Assembly (NCBI RefSeq): GCF_006345805.1
Contig: NC_043002.1
Span: forward strand, 35,030,001 to 35,094,000
Direction: 5' to 3'
Length of the DNA: 64,000 nucleotides
From: Octopus sinensis
Taxonomy: Eukaryota
The translations under genes were made by a program, and so were the position numbers. This document shows, in pieces, positions 1 through 13,222 of the stretch. Positions within the stretch are counted from its first letter, which is position 1, and every line of letters begins with the position of its first letter. A model generated the notes under the pieces. That model worked only from the letters and a program-made list of their open reading frames with translations, did not search any database and was not told the origin of the DNA.

Positions 1-1619
1 ATAGCCAACTGAAAATAGAACCTATTAAATCACAATCTTTCTTTTTTTGCCATCATATTTTATATGGTGAGTATAACAGCTTTGATTAATCAAAACTAAA
101 CCCATAATGAGCTGAGGTAAACATTAGTGAACAGTGTTTAACTAAACCAAACACAAGCAAGAGAGACAATTCAAAATCAAAATTTAGTTTAATTACTTGA
201 AATACTATTCAACATATCACTTTGATAACAAAATGTTTTCAAACCTTTTATCTTCATGCCATTTTCAAGATCCTGCTCAAAATTACCACCATATCTGTCT
301 TACATATACATGTAGCTGCCACATTTATAAATAACACTCTCACACCACAACATCTTTTATTATCCCACTGCTATCACAACTATAAATAGTAGTAAGCTTA
401 ATTCTGATCCCTGATGCACTGCAACCTTCACTTCAAACTCATCACTGTTCTCCCTCATACAACAGCATTACTATTATAACCTACCATTCCTATACACCTA
501 TCTCTCTTAATGCTCATGTCAGTACTTCACAAAGGAACCCTATCAGATCAACAAATGTAAGAAACAACTTCATCTTGTCTTTGTACTGCTCCTATAATTG
601 TTTTATAATAAAAATTATATGTACATGTGTTGTGAGTGTATCTACACATACACGCACAAGTGTGTTGAGGCAGTTTGAATGCATAAGTTAATGGGATATA
701 TGCAGTTTGTCCTTTCTATTCCTCATAGTCTTTCAACTAGTCCTGTACATTGACTACTGTATTCCAGTAATCTCACTATTCTGGAAGGTTCAGTGATGTT
801 TCACACAGAACTAGGTTAATGTCATTTTAACTTGACTTTAATTAGAAATTCTTTACAAACAAATTAAAGTTGGTAACTTCCTCCACTGTTTCTATCTCGG
901 TTTTCACAGGTCATGTTGACCAACTTTACAGAGACCATTATCCCCACCCCACCCACTAGTATTGTCTGTAACACCTCTTCCTGACTCTGTTTACACTAAT
1001 GACATCAAAGAACGAACATACATTATCAGCCTAGCCTAACCTAGCTCTTGATCTTTATACACACACACACACACACACATGCACAATATGTGTGTGTGTT
1101 TTTTTATTTCTATTTTATTTCTCATAACTTGGTAACATTTGCCTGGTTCATCATTTCCATTCTGACATTTGCTGTAGTTATAGGCCTCATTCTGGTATTT
1201 GCCTGACTTACAAACCCCATTCTGCTGTTTGGTTGTTAGAAACTTCATTCTAATATTTACTGCAGTTACAGGCCCCCAAACCTGATATATGCATGTAGTT
1301 ACAATCAACATGAAGCCATGCTAATAGAAACATCTCAAACTCTAGATGATCAGAAAACAGGATCAGGCACGAATTCTGTATCATGTAATCAGTACAATGA
1401 AAGAAGGGCAGGGTGAACTCTGATGGATTGATACTAAATTAAAACTGGACTAACATCGTTAACCATTAACTTATTTAAGTGATATCCTTATTATCGATAA
1501 GTGTATTATGTGATAACATTGCAGTTTTGATTTAATATCAATGGAAGACATTCTGTTTGTGATGGTAATAAGCACCTTACTAAAATAAAGTTAGATTTGT
1601 ACATGTCAGACAACATTAT

Positions 1620-1826
1620 TAGTATCAGAATCATTAGCACATGGGGCAAAATGCTTAGCGGCATTTTGTCCAACTTAATGCTCTGAGTTCAAACTCTGCC
1701 AAGGTCAACTTTGCTTTTCATCCATTTAGGCTTGATAAAATTCCAGTTGAACACAAGGGGAAGGGGCAATGTAATCGACTTACCCCACTCTCCCAAAATT
1801 ACTGGCTTTGTGCCAAAGTTTGGAAC

Positions 1827-1873
<47 letters not shown>
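1620..1873 (+). mobile_element. SINE family B with (ATT)n tail
   Basis: cagaatcattagc..gcaaaatgcttagc..ctgagttcaaa..ctttcatcc..atcgact..ggaacc(att)n. Confidence 0.8.
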
Positions 1874-1876
<3 letters not shown>

Positions 1877-2689
1877 CCATTTTTACAAGCAGTAGTTGTT
1901 TACCTGTAGCAGCCATCTTTAGGGAGATACACATTAGCACATGTGCATAGATTTTTGCCAGTAAATACATCAAGAAGCAAATGCAATTCACTTGAATTTT
2001 GAATTTCTTTGGGAATATATTATTTTTAAAATTTTATCTGAAGTGTTTATTTTCCCATAAAATCTCTTTCCAACTAACACAAGTACTGTGCCTGTGCGTA
2101 AATGTTTTTCATACATTCAACAGATTCTGTGGTTTTAATATCAATTACAAAATACTTTTAGTAATAATTTAACAAATGGACTGCAATATGTAATTTATTT
2201 GGTTTATGGAGCAATTGAAAGAAAGAGCTAGCTTAATGCTTATATGCAAATGTGTCTTTCTGATCTCATTGCTCCTACCCACCCCAGCCACTACTTCTTA
2301 ATGTCATACATGATTTGTTCCCTTGACAAACCATCATGTATGTAAGGATGTGACATGTGCACACACACAAGAGCACACACTCATATATGTGACTTTTTCT
2401 CCTCTCTTCTCTCTCCCCCCAAGTCTCCCAAACAAAGACTCTTAAGAACATTTTGGTGTCTAGACGGACCCTTCTTCTCTTCTCACAAATACCTGGCCCT
2501 GATTGTTTGGTGATCAAAGGTAATAGTATATCATTGAGTGGAAATATTTGGACATAAGCAAGAGCCCATTGCCATTTAGCAAACATTTGCACAAACTTTC
2601 TTTTTGGGTGCTGAAAACTGTCACCTAGCTATCCAATTATTCTTCCTATCAAGTCCACAACTTTAGAGCAACCACAATGAGAAACCCTC

Positions 2690-3230
2690 AGGAATTAAGC
2701 ATATACTGATGACCTTGTCCTTATAGCTGAATCTGTAGTAAGATGAGAGAAGAAATTTCAGGCATAAAAGGAAAACTTGGAATCAAAGAGGCTCAAAGTT
2801 AACTGAACAAAGTATTAATAAGCAAGAAATTAGATAGGGGCCTGCTGCCATTAGGGAAATGGCCTTGCTCAGTATGTAGAAAAGAATTAAGTAGAAATTC
2901 AAAGCAGTGTGCCCAATGCAAACTATGGATACATAAATGGTATAGTGGAATTATGGGCAGATGCAAAAGCACAATAAATACTAAGAACACAGGAAATATA
3001 TTCTCTCAGGTGCCCCAGGAGGATCCCTAGAGGTTGTAGTGTTTCTGTTACCTTGGTGACCTAATTAGCAATGGCAGACCACATTCTGAAAGTACAGCAG
3101 CCAGACTAAGAATAAGTTTCTGTTGATAACAAGAGGTTTCTCTCTCAGAATGAATGCAGACTGTATGATGTCTGTGTGTGAACTGCAATGCTACCTGGTA
3201 GTGAAATGTGAACCCTGAATACAGGCAACA
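2690..3230 (+). mobile_element. Decayed RTE(-X)-like LINE RT fragment with embedded Cys-rich finger
   Basis: YTDDLVLIAES at 2702; ENLESKxLKVN; KWPCSVCRK...QCAQCKLWIH; CYLGDLIS; VCVxTAML. Heavily frameshifted. Confidence 0.75.
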
Positions 3231-6018
3231 TCATATTCTGTGTCCTTACACACCACACTATCCTTATATCTGTGTCATTACACATCACCCTGTCCTACAT
3301 ATCTTTTTCCAAGTATTTATTGCTTACTTAATGGTCTAAAAATTGCTTTGCCTGTTGTGTATATGTCAGTTCAACTCAGCTACCAAACATTAAAATATTG
3401 AGTTGGTAAAAATAGAATCTACTAATGCAGACAAAAGAAGTGTACAATGGGTGAAATTGTCCTTGATACACTAAGTTCTAGAATTTTGAAGAGGTTGACC
3501 CATACTTTGGGAATGAAATTTGGTGGACAAAAACTGTGAGAAGCCCATCAGATGGATTGTACCTGTAATTGAATGGACTAACTTTATCACACATTGTATC
3601 GTGCTAATTCTGAGATGACATGAAGGGTGTGTGTCTATAGAATATTCAACCACTTAACATTCATTTATCAAGTAGGTATTTCAGTTGATCAAACAACTAA
3701 CTATCCATTTTTAAAACTGACAGAGGACCCACTATCGTCATCTTCATCATTGTGTTTGTGTTTATTGTTGTGTATTTTGACTATGTTATACAACTGTTTC
3801 ACTGACCACAGTCATGGATCTATGGACACTGTATTTTGTTCACACTCATTAGCCAGCAGTACTTGTTTTTTGCTTAAATTGTTCCTAGTTCAGCAGACAT
3901 TATCATTGAAGTTATTCCAACCATGACCATCTTCTCTATATTTTTCTTAAGTATTGTCTACTCAGACTCAGTTATTCACTGTCCTTTCACTTTTTTTTAA
4001 AACAGTAGGGTGTTATATTAGTCATTTGGCTGCATTTTCTTTTAGGTTGACTGACTGCAAGGGTTCCTTGAGTGGTCAGCAGCATTAGAAGACAGCCAAC
4101 AAAAGAATCAATTGGCCCAACATAAACCACTCCACAGCATGTAAAAATACTGTAACCTATGGGAAGTACTCTACTCTGGATTTTCTATCAGAATTTGTGA
4201 ATACTAGCATCATTGTTTACAGGTGTGCAATGATCCAGCCACTGTGGCTCATGGTAACTTTTCACAGTCAGAATTACTTAGGAATGTATCTGAGATGTAG
4301 AACAAATACCTCAAGAAACATCATTCATTAAGCATCAGCTTTATGCACTTCTCATAAATTATTAATATCTTATATGTGTGCATTGGCTATTATATAAGAC
4401 ACATGCCCAAAATTCCATACAATGGGACTGAATCCAGAACCACATAGTTACAAAGCAAATTCCTTAACCACACAGTCATGCTATTTGATACATGTAATTC
4501 CAGATGTCTGCAGATATGGCTTCTACCTTCACCCCAATTTAGGAAGATATAGACACTATTCTAGCACTATACCTCATTATTTGCAGGTGTCACTAATATT
4601 TACATATGGCTATAGAAATAAACTGTAATGATGATAAATTACCATTTGTTATCATCTTTTAATGTCCATCTTCCATGCTGACTTGGATTGAACAGTTTGA
4701 CAGGATCCAACAGGTCAAAGGACTGTGCCATGCTCCAGTATTTGCTTTGGAGTGGTTACTATGGTTGGGTGTCCTTTCTTACTCCAACCACTTTACAGAG
4801 TATACTGGGTGCTTTTCTCATAGCACCAACACTAGTGAAGTCGCAATGTAGCTCACAAGGCTGTGATTCCTTTTGACTGAATGGGGTGCAGTAGAGAGAG
4901 AGGTATTAGCTTTATGCTAGGAGATGAAAGGTTAGAGTATGAAAGGACTCCAATCACCCACCCCACCCCACCCTTCACTCTTCCAGAACAGGTTTCTTGC
5001 TGTAGAAGAAATACATGGCTTCTCGCATTATTCAAAAGTGGGTAGGAGTAATTGGGTTGAAGCTGGAAAGTGAGATAAGGATGGTGCTGTCAAAAGTGTC
5101 GGGGTGAACTCTGGCAGCAGCAAAACTGAAAGGATGACTGAGTAGAGGTTGCAAGAGGCTGGGGAGAGAAGAATGATTAGAAATGGAGTCAAAGTGCGAA
5201 TATACTAAATGATAAACAAGGGTTGAAGCATCAGGAGGATAAATATGAGTTGGGTGGAAAGTAAAGAAGAGTAGATGATGTTTAGAAATTGGGAAGAGTA
5301 TAGAGGTAAATATAGTATTAGGTCAAGAGGTTATCAGTGTTACATATGAGTTGTGGAGGTGTTGTAGGTGCTGATTGGCAGTACAGGTGGGTGAAGAGCA
5401 ACAGAAGAATGACAATACAGTAGACAGGAGAGTTATGAGAGATGGTGTGTGGCTGGGTAGGTTGCAAAAGCTTAAGTAGAGAGAAACCTAATGCATAGTG
5501 AGAGTGAGTGATGTATGGTGATTGCCTTTCCATGCTGACATGTATAGAACAGAACTCTTTGAGGTAGTGTTTTATGGCCAGATGCTCTTCTTGATGCTAA
5601 TCCTTTTAGTCATCTTTTACAACACACAGGGATATGGTTTGCCTATTCTAAAAGCAAAGACACACACACACATATATATATATTATCATGCACATTCAGA
5701 GACATAATATAATATGCTTATAGCAACAGGGAAATTATAAATAGGAACTGAGTTAAAATATGCAATCCTGTTTTCAAGCTGGTTTCCAAAGAATTTCAGG
5801 CAATAAGCCAGTTGTTAGACTGCTTGGAGCAATCTCTATCATTAATCAATCAATGAGCATTGATGACAGCCTTACCATTATATATTGACATGGAATGCCA
5901 GCCTGATAGAGGCTACTTTGGCTGCCAGCAATTGTATTTTATGTTTAGTTCTTCTCTGTCCATTCATTGTCTAAAGAATAGTCTTCTCCCCTCTCTCTCT
6001 CTCAAACACACACACACA

Positions 6019-6059
<41 letters not shown>

Positions 6060-7784
6060 CTTTATCTTACTTTCTCTTTGTCTTTCCCATCCTCTATCCA
6101 TTCTTAACATTTGGTCAGTTTTCTTCCATTTGTCCCCATCATATTCTATAAACTTTTACTATTTTTAGACTTATCTTCATACAGAATCTATATTTTCCTC
6201 ATTTTTCATTTTCTTTGATTTAACTCTCTGCATGTGTGTGTGTGGGGAGTATTTGGATATGATATGATCCAATGCAGTATTGGCTGGCATTGTTCCATGA
6301 CTAGCTACTCAAACGACACACCAACAACATTTATCAATAATGGTATTCCTGTAGATGATCTAAGTGACGTATTCTCAGATACTGATTCCTTTCTTACTTG
6401 GAGCTAATTTTTGTCTGACAAGCAAGAAATGATTCTGTAGATGGTGTGTGTGTCATTTCAGCAATCAAATCATTTCATTTGAATTTCAGTGTAAGACGTT
6501 TCATAAGTGATTAATTTGATAATTAGAATCTAGTGAGAGTGTACAGCCTGTTTGGTGACACTGTAATCTGTATGGTTACACTGTGCTGTCAGTATGGTAA
6601 CACCATATAGCACAATGTTAAAATCCATCATCTTGTATGTGTCACATTTCTTTCTCTTCTCAGTTGCTAACACTTTGCTTATTCTCTCTATCTCACACAA
6701 ATATTCATGTGGTGACTTCTACTCAGGAGTACTCAATGTAGACCCTTTGCTATTTAGACTAGACTCTTTGCTGTGTAGTTTGCTTCCCAGCTGCATGTTT
6801 TTTGGGTTCAGTCCCCTTCCATGGTACCTTGGGCAAGTCTCTTCTACTGTAGCTCTAAGCCAGTCAAATCTTTGTGAGTGGATCCAGTCAGCAGAAACTG
6901 AAAGAAGCTCCTTTTGTGTACCTGTGTGTGTGTGCCTATCTGCTTGTGTCTTTGTCTTGACATGATGTCATAGTTGTTAGTAAGCACTGCTATCATGCAA
7001 GTAGTGTGTGTCTTTTACAATCTTTCATGAAAATATATTACCTTGCTTTAAAATGTGTAAAGATTCAGGTAGTTGATCATAGGAAATCTGCCTGACCAAT
7101 ACAAGCATGGAAAATGAACATAAAAAATGATGATGATGATGATCTCTCAGTCTACGTCACTCCCACCACTTTGCAATTTTCAATTCATCATGCTTCCAAT
7201 ACTGGAGCAGTCTTTTCTGGCCAGATCATCTTCAATAGTGTGAATTGCCAATCAATATAGTCTTTTATCTTTTCCTGCATGTAATACAACCTCTTGAGAT
7301 CAGTCCTCACCACTTCATCAAAAGTCTTTCTTCATTTCCCTCCACTACAGATTTTATTTAATTTGAGCACATGACACTTCTTTATACAGTTGTCTTCATC
7401 TATAAATATCACATGCCTATACCAGCACAGCTGTCTTTCTTACACATTGCATCTGATTTTTCTTATATCCATGTTTTTTTCTCAACTTATTCAGTTACTC
7501 CATCACGCATGCACACTAACATTACACATCCAGTGCAGCATGCTTGTATGCTTGTTTCATTTCTTTCTAGTCTCCACAACTCTTCTGCATTCAAAACCTA
7601 TCTTGCACTGCCATGCAGCAATGCACTTTGTGTATAAGCATTGTACAATCTGCCCTTTTCTATGAGGGAGATACTTTTTGTTGCCAATTAGAGCTAATAA
7701 CTCCCAGAGCTTTTTTGACACTCTTCTTACTTTGGGTACTATAATCTCATAACACCCACTCATAGTGCTAATTTGTTCACCTAG

Positions 7785-7857
<73 letters not shown>

Positions 7858-8161
7858 ATTCACACAGTTTACTGTCTTTTACGTCCAATTTTTTTTTGCC
7901 TATTCAGGCAAGTGTTTAATGAACCTTAGTAGTATTTTATGGTTGGATACCCTTCCTGTTTCAACAGAGTTATGTTTGAGGTCATATATTTTCATTCCTT
8001 TCTTCACAAGAAACCGACAAGTCACAGGGTCTAGTGTTTACAGGTGACATAAACAACTGCAACGTTGACTCAGTGTCAGTGGGGAAACACATGGAAAACA
8101 AACATACACAAACTCACTCACTCACTCACACCCACATACATGTGTGTGTAAACATATGCAT

Positions 8162-8324
8162 AGGTGCAGGAGTGGCTGTGTGGTAAGTAGCTTGCTTACC
8201 AGCCACATGGTTCTGGGTTCAGTCCCACTGCGTGGCACCTTGGGCAAGTGTCTTCTACTATAGCCTCGGGCCGACCAAAGCCTTGTGAGTGGGTTTGGTA
8301 GACGGAAGCTGAAAGAAGCCCATC

Positions 8325-8362
<38 letters not shown>

Positions 8363-8582
8363 GTATGTATGCATGTGTGTGTATATGTTTGTGTGTTTGT
8401 CCCCCCAACATCGCTTGACACCCAATGCCGGTGTGTTTACGTCCCTGTAACTTAACGGTTCAGCAAAAGAGACCAATAGAACAAGTACAAGGCTTACAAA
8501 GAATAAGTCCTGGGGTCGATTTGCTCGACTAAAGGCAGTGCTCCAGCATGGCCGCAGTCAAATGACTGAAACAAGTAAAAGC
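8162..8582 (+). mobile_element. tRNA-derived SINE, family A (internal (TA)n/(TG)n)
   Basis: Head ggtgcaggagtggctgtgtggtaag (A-box-like) ...gggttcagtccc (B-box-like); tail tccagcatggccgcagtcaaatgactgaaacaagtaaaa; near-identical to the copies at 19957, 26221 and 31965. Confidence 0.9.
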
Positions 8583-9060
8583 GTATACAATAGGCTTCTG
8601 TGCTGTTTCCTTCTACTAATTTGGTACATACACACTCTATAGGTACATGTATATTTACACTAAGATATACATACAGACACAGGTACATTCTCTCTTTCTC
8701 TCTTCCCTCTCTCTCTCTCTCTCCCCATGATCCCTAATTGGAGACTCAAACTCTGAGTGGTGTATTAAGTACATCTGTAATATTGGTTGTTTTAGTGTGA
8801 TTTTCACTGTTACATTGCTCTCCCATACTCCTGCTCAATATATATCACATTGTCAATCTGTCCGATACCTTGAAAGGTTTATACTTGCTGTTCAGTTATC
8901 ATTAGCTTCAATTGATACTCCTGCAGTTTCATATTTTTCACCCGCATTATAAATACTTTCTTGTTCATTCTACAACCAGAACAAAGTTACCCTTGTGCCA
9001 AATAATGTTGTAAAATTTAAACTTTGAATGAAACATACAAAAGCTGGGTTTAAATTTAAA

Positions 9061-9210
9061 ACACACACACACCCTTAGTGAGTGTATTGTTCATTGTAAA
9101 TATTAATTTTGACTATATGATTTTTTGACCACTCCTCTTTTCTGAGCAATGCATATGCATAACTCACACATGTATATAGCTCAGAAAAAATGAATGATCA
9201 TACATATATT

Positions 9211-9243
<33 letters not shown>

Positions 9244-9410
9244 ACCCTTGGTGAGTGTATTGTTCATTGTAAACACTAATCTTGATTATATGATCTTTGA
9301 TCATTCTTCTTTTCTGAGCAATACATATGCATATGCTCACATGTGTACACAGCTCAGAAAAAGTGAATGGTCATACATGTATTCCCACACTCTCACACAC
9401 ACACACTCAT
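9061..9410. repeat. Tandem duplication, two diverged ~175-bp units each bounded by (CA)n
   Basis: acccttagtgagtgtattgttcattgtaaa... (about 9071) versus acccttggtgagtgtattgttcattgtaaa... (about 9244), co-linear through tctgagcaat and agctcagaaaaa. Confidence 0.85.
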
Positions 9411-9456
9411 GCGTGCTTGCACACACACCTTCATTCATTCTTTCTTTGTCTTTCAG

Positions 9457-9554
9457 GCTCTAAAGAACATTTCAAAATAGAGCTAAGAAGGCCAAAAGGG
9501 CAAGTGTTTAGGCCATAGACATCACCGAACCTAAGAAACAGCACACAACAGCAG
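9457..9554 (+). other. Candidate 5' (probably non-coding) exon of the zinc-finger gene
   Basis: Long pyrimidine tract ttcattcattctttctttgtctttcag| then 98 nt then CAG|gtgggt. Stops occur in all three frames; the frame that would join 13196 carries one TAG. Confidence 0.5.
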
Positions 9555-10129
9555 GTGGGTTTGTTTAACTCTTTCCAATGAAATCATTTATTTGGCATTA
9601 ATATTCATAATTGATAATAAAACTAAAAAAATATTTGTAATTTTTATTAACACCTTGTATGACTCATTTGTTACTTCACACACATTTTCTGTCTCTGCCT
9701 ATTTGATCTCTCTGGTCCCTTTTCTCTTTCACTTTCTCTCCCCTGCTGTATCATCCTCCCTATCTACCTCTCTGTCCTTGATAAATTGCCAATCAGTTAT
9801 ATCAACAATTGCTGCACACCTTCCATATATTCCTTTAGCAAGCTTTTATCACAAATAAGAATTGAATCTAAAAAGATATATTCCTCACCAAAACTAAGAA
9901 ATTACATTGAAGTATAAACATACAGTTTAAAATGTCCCGGTGTAGTTACAGACTTCCTATATTGCTTTAATAAGCCAGTACTGTGAAAAAATAGGCCAGC
10001 TAATATTTAGCGGAACTGATCAGTTTGAAATACTATTAACAATGGTGAAATTAAACCCATCTTTTCATTCATTAGCTAACAACACACCATTAACTTCTAT
10101 ACTGAGAAATCAGAGTATTTATAAACATA

Positions 10130-11170
10130 AATTTATAGGGACAGAGATGAAAGATGACCTAATGTAATGTTACATGACATGTTCCAAATTCTTTTTCATA
10201 TCTCAGTAACAGTATTGACAATACTAACAAGGCAGATAAGTCTGGTCCAGGAAATATAAAGGTCATGGCTCTAGCTGTCAACCACAATGATTTAGAGATC
10301 ATCAGTTTCTTGAACAAAGATAGATCTTTTGTGTTTAGGTTTGAGAAAGAGTGAGAGACCTGGAAAAGAGGTGTCATTTCTGGCCAAGAGAAAGAAATAT
10401 TTGTAGTGGTTAGACATTATCATGATGGCTAAGTTTATCCAGCAGGTCATGAAAGCCATTGAGACCCATTGCCAAGCATTGCTGGAGTGGAGTGGTGGAA
10501 TCCACTATCAGGTATGTGGTGCAGAAGGTCATCATCATCAGGTCCAAGTGCAATGTGATGAGGGTGAAAACCAAAGAGTACCATATGATTTTGTTGAAAC
10601 TCTTGCTGAACAAGCTCAAGCACCTCAAGAAATCCACTTTACTCTGATTCTTTTTTGATGACAAATTCAACCAAGGCCAGAAGGTAAACAGAATGTATGA
10701 CAAGTGCCCATGACAATGCACACCAATTTCCTACCATGCTGATGATCTTGGGCTATGAGCAATGGGGGTTGTATTATGCACCTCATTTCTTCACACACAG
10801 CCTCAGGATCATTACCATTGCCTGCATGGAGGTACTGGACACAGGGCTCAAGTTTTGAATGAGGAGATGGACCAGGATGGAAAGGCAGTTTTGTTGATGC
10901 TTCATTAAACCTTCCTTCCCAACCATTTCTTTTCAATAATGATTCTTTGCAACGAGAATCTCCCCAGATAGGAACTGTAAATGTCGCCATGGTGACCAGT
11001 GCTGGAATGGTATTATCGATTGAGAAATTACTGCAAAACAACTGTCAAGAGAAAGGCAATTCTCTGAGGCTTAAGTTTTCCATTATATGGTATTGTTGTA
11101 ACTGTCAACAGTTTGACATTATATCATTGTTTCTGAAGAATATATTGTAACCTGTGTCTCCTGGACAGCA
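10130..11170 (+). mobile_element. Decayed Tc1/mariner-superfamily transposase (DD37D/maT-like) remnant
   Basis: Broken frames give ESTIRYVVQK...LLKLLLNKLKH...FFFDDKFNQGQKVN, resembling the LLNKLKH...FFSDEKNFxQDQKVN segment of maT-type transposases. Boundaries are approximate. Confidence 0.6.
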
Positions 11171-12184
11171 TTGTATACATTGAAGACATACATGTCTTCT
11201 TGGTATTATTGCATCTCTTTCAATAGTAATATATACTTTATACACACACCTGTGCAGCAACTTTGTCTGCATCTTTACTGCAATACTTGTTTATTTTCCC
11301 TGCTGTAATATCTTTGTAATTATACCTGGCTGCTTCTTTCTTTTTTTTCTTTTGTTATTTTCACAATCTTTTATTATTCCCAACAAAAGGATTTGCTTTA
11401 ATTTATGTTTTCTATTACGTTGCTGTTATTTGTTGCAATGTCATGGCTTTGATGTCACTGTATTACTGCATGTTCTCATAGAAATAGCAGGCAAAGATCA
11501 ACAGACTGGTAATAACAATAATGATAATGGTGATGATAATATTTCTAAAATAATATTGCAGCTTAGAAAGAAATACTTTTTATTTTCTTATTTTAAGTTT
11601 AAATTTTTAAGTAAAATTTATTTTGTCTTGTTTCATTTTTGTTCGTTTTTGTTTTCTTGTTGTTGTTTTTAACCTAAAATGTAGCAATATGATATAGAAT
11701 TTTTAATAGAAATAAAAATGAATTTGTTATCCAAGTATAATGTTAATTGGTTATACATGTCAGGAGGAGAAAAGAAATTCGAGGAGTTGAAATAAATAAT
11801 TCAAATATAGATGACAAGTGTAAGTCTATTGTTATAGCAGGTATTTACTGGATTTAAAGTTATAGCAGTATTGGAAACAACCTCTCAGCAAAGTAATGAA
11901 GGAAATCTACACTGATGCTCAAACTGTAATAGTGACTTAACCTTCCTCAAATCGCAACCTTTGTCTTAAAAAGAAAAGAGAAATGTTTTTTTTATTCGTG
12001 TTACTGAGTGTCACATAATTCTTAGTGAAAAATAGTTTTTTAGGAAATCCGTAACAATTTTTTCTACTCTTTATTTTGAAATCAAGGAATATCTCAACTA
12101 TATAGATTACTGATTCCAAGCTTGGTGATGCTGAAACAGAAGCAAGTCTTAAAATATTGAGATTAAAATGATATTACAAAAAGC

Positions 12185-12320
12185 ATTGGACAATTTTGTA
12201 TCGTACCTCCTCAAGTCTCCAGTCCTTCCTACCTAGGACCTTGACCCTCTAGAATTCTCTTCCTGCACATGTTTTCTCCTGCAGTCATCACCTTGTTCAA
12301 AAATAACATTGACTATGTCA
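12185..12320 (+). mobile_element. 3' end fragment of a CR1/L2/Jockey-type LINE ORF2
   Basis: RTSSSLQSFLPRTLTL*NSLPAHVF resembles the SFxPRTxxLWNSLPxxVF C-terminal motif. Confidence 0.55.
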
Positions 12321-13222
12321 GTCTCTGGCCCCTTTTCCTTGGCTAATAAATAAATTTAAAAAATAGAACTCACTGCTGTTGTTAAGATGTGACATTTCAA
12401 CAAATCTTTCATGCTGGCATCGGTTGGATGGTTCAACAGGATCCAACAAGATGGAGAACTGCATCGAGCTCCAGAGTCTTAATACAAGTTTGACCTCATA
12501 CCAATATGAAGGAGTCAAGCTAACTAATATTATCCCAGTTCCTCTTTTATTTATTTATCAAGTTTTATTTCATTTGTTGATGATGTATAAAAAATGCAGC
12601 AGCAGCAGCAACACCATCATCATCATTGCTATCATCATCAGAGTTTATTCTTTATTTATCTTTCTAAAATGTCCCTAATTCTAGGCTTCATTTTTTTAAT
12701 GTTGTTTGTTGGATTCCTTTCATCCTGATTGTTGGAAATTTTAGAAATGTATGTCTAGCAACAGATTGGCAGAATTGTTAAAGCATTGGACAAAATAGTT
12801 TCTGATATTTGTTTTTGTCTTTTTTATTTGAGTTCAAATACCACAGAAGTCAAATTTACCTTTTATCCTTCCACTGTCAATAAAATAAAGTACCATTCTA
12901 ATAGTGTGTTGATTTGGTTGACTGATATTGATATCTATCATGCTTTTACAAGGACTATGATAGAACATGACTGTTTTTAATGATGTATGTAGTTTAAGAT
13001 TTTAAAATACATAATTAAATTATGTCTGACACAAGTAGACAAAAGAAAAATCAAGTGGCTAAAACCAGATTAAAATTCATGATTATTTAATATATATTAT
13101 ATTTCTTTCTTTTTTATTTTTCAAATTGACAATCTCTATTCTGAATTGTCTTTTAATGATTATAAAATCTAAATAATTGCTTATGTATTTTTCAGGTTTT
13201 ATTGGATAAGAATGGCATCTTG

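Noticed and set aside
1689-1991. ORFs with poly-Ile or [18 protein letters not shown] runs (also 5860, 8122-8476, 20121-20665, 48057)
   Set aside because: Translations of microsatellites and SINE bodies.
4047-4252. Possible additional + strand 5' exons (acceptors at about 4046 and 4221)
   Set aside because: Splice signals are only moderate, with no ORF or other support, and they cannot be distinguished from chance.
5140-5520. Purine-rich (GA-rich) tracts (also 38090-38340, 51240-51650, 63420-63740)
   Set aside because: Low-complexity sequence, probably old repeat remnants, with no ORF or structure supportable from sequence alone.
8162-8240. tRNA-like A/B boxes
   Set aside because: These are SINE heads, not functional tRNA genes: no complete cloverleaf, and they continue into the SINE body.
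13202-13204. TTG start given in the ORF track for the 1718-aa ORF
   Set aside because: It lies 6 nt after a splice acceptor in a eukaryotic gene; the first ATGs are at 13223 and 13226.
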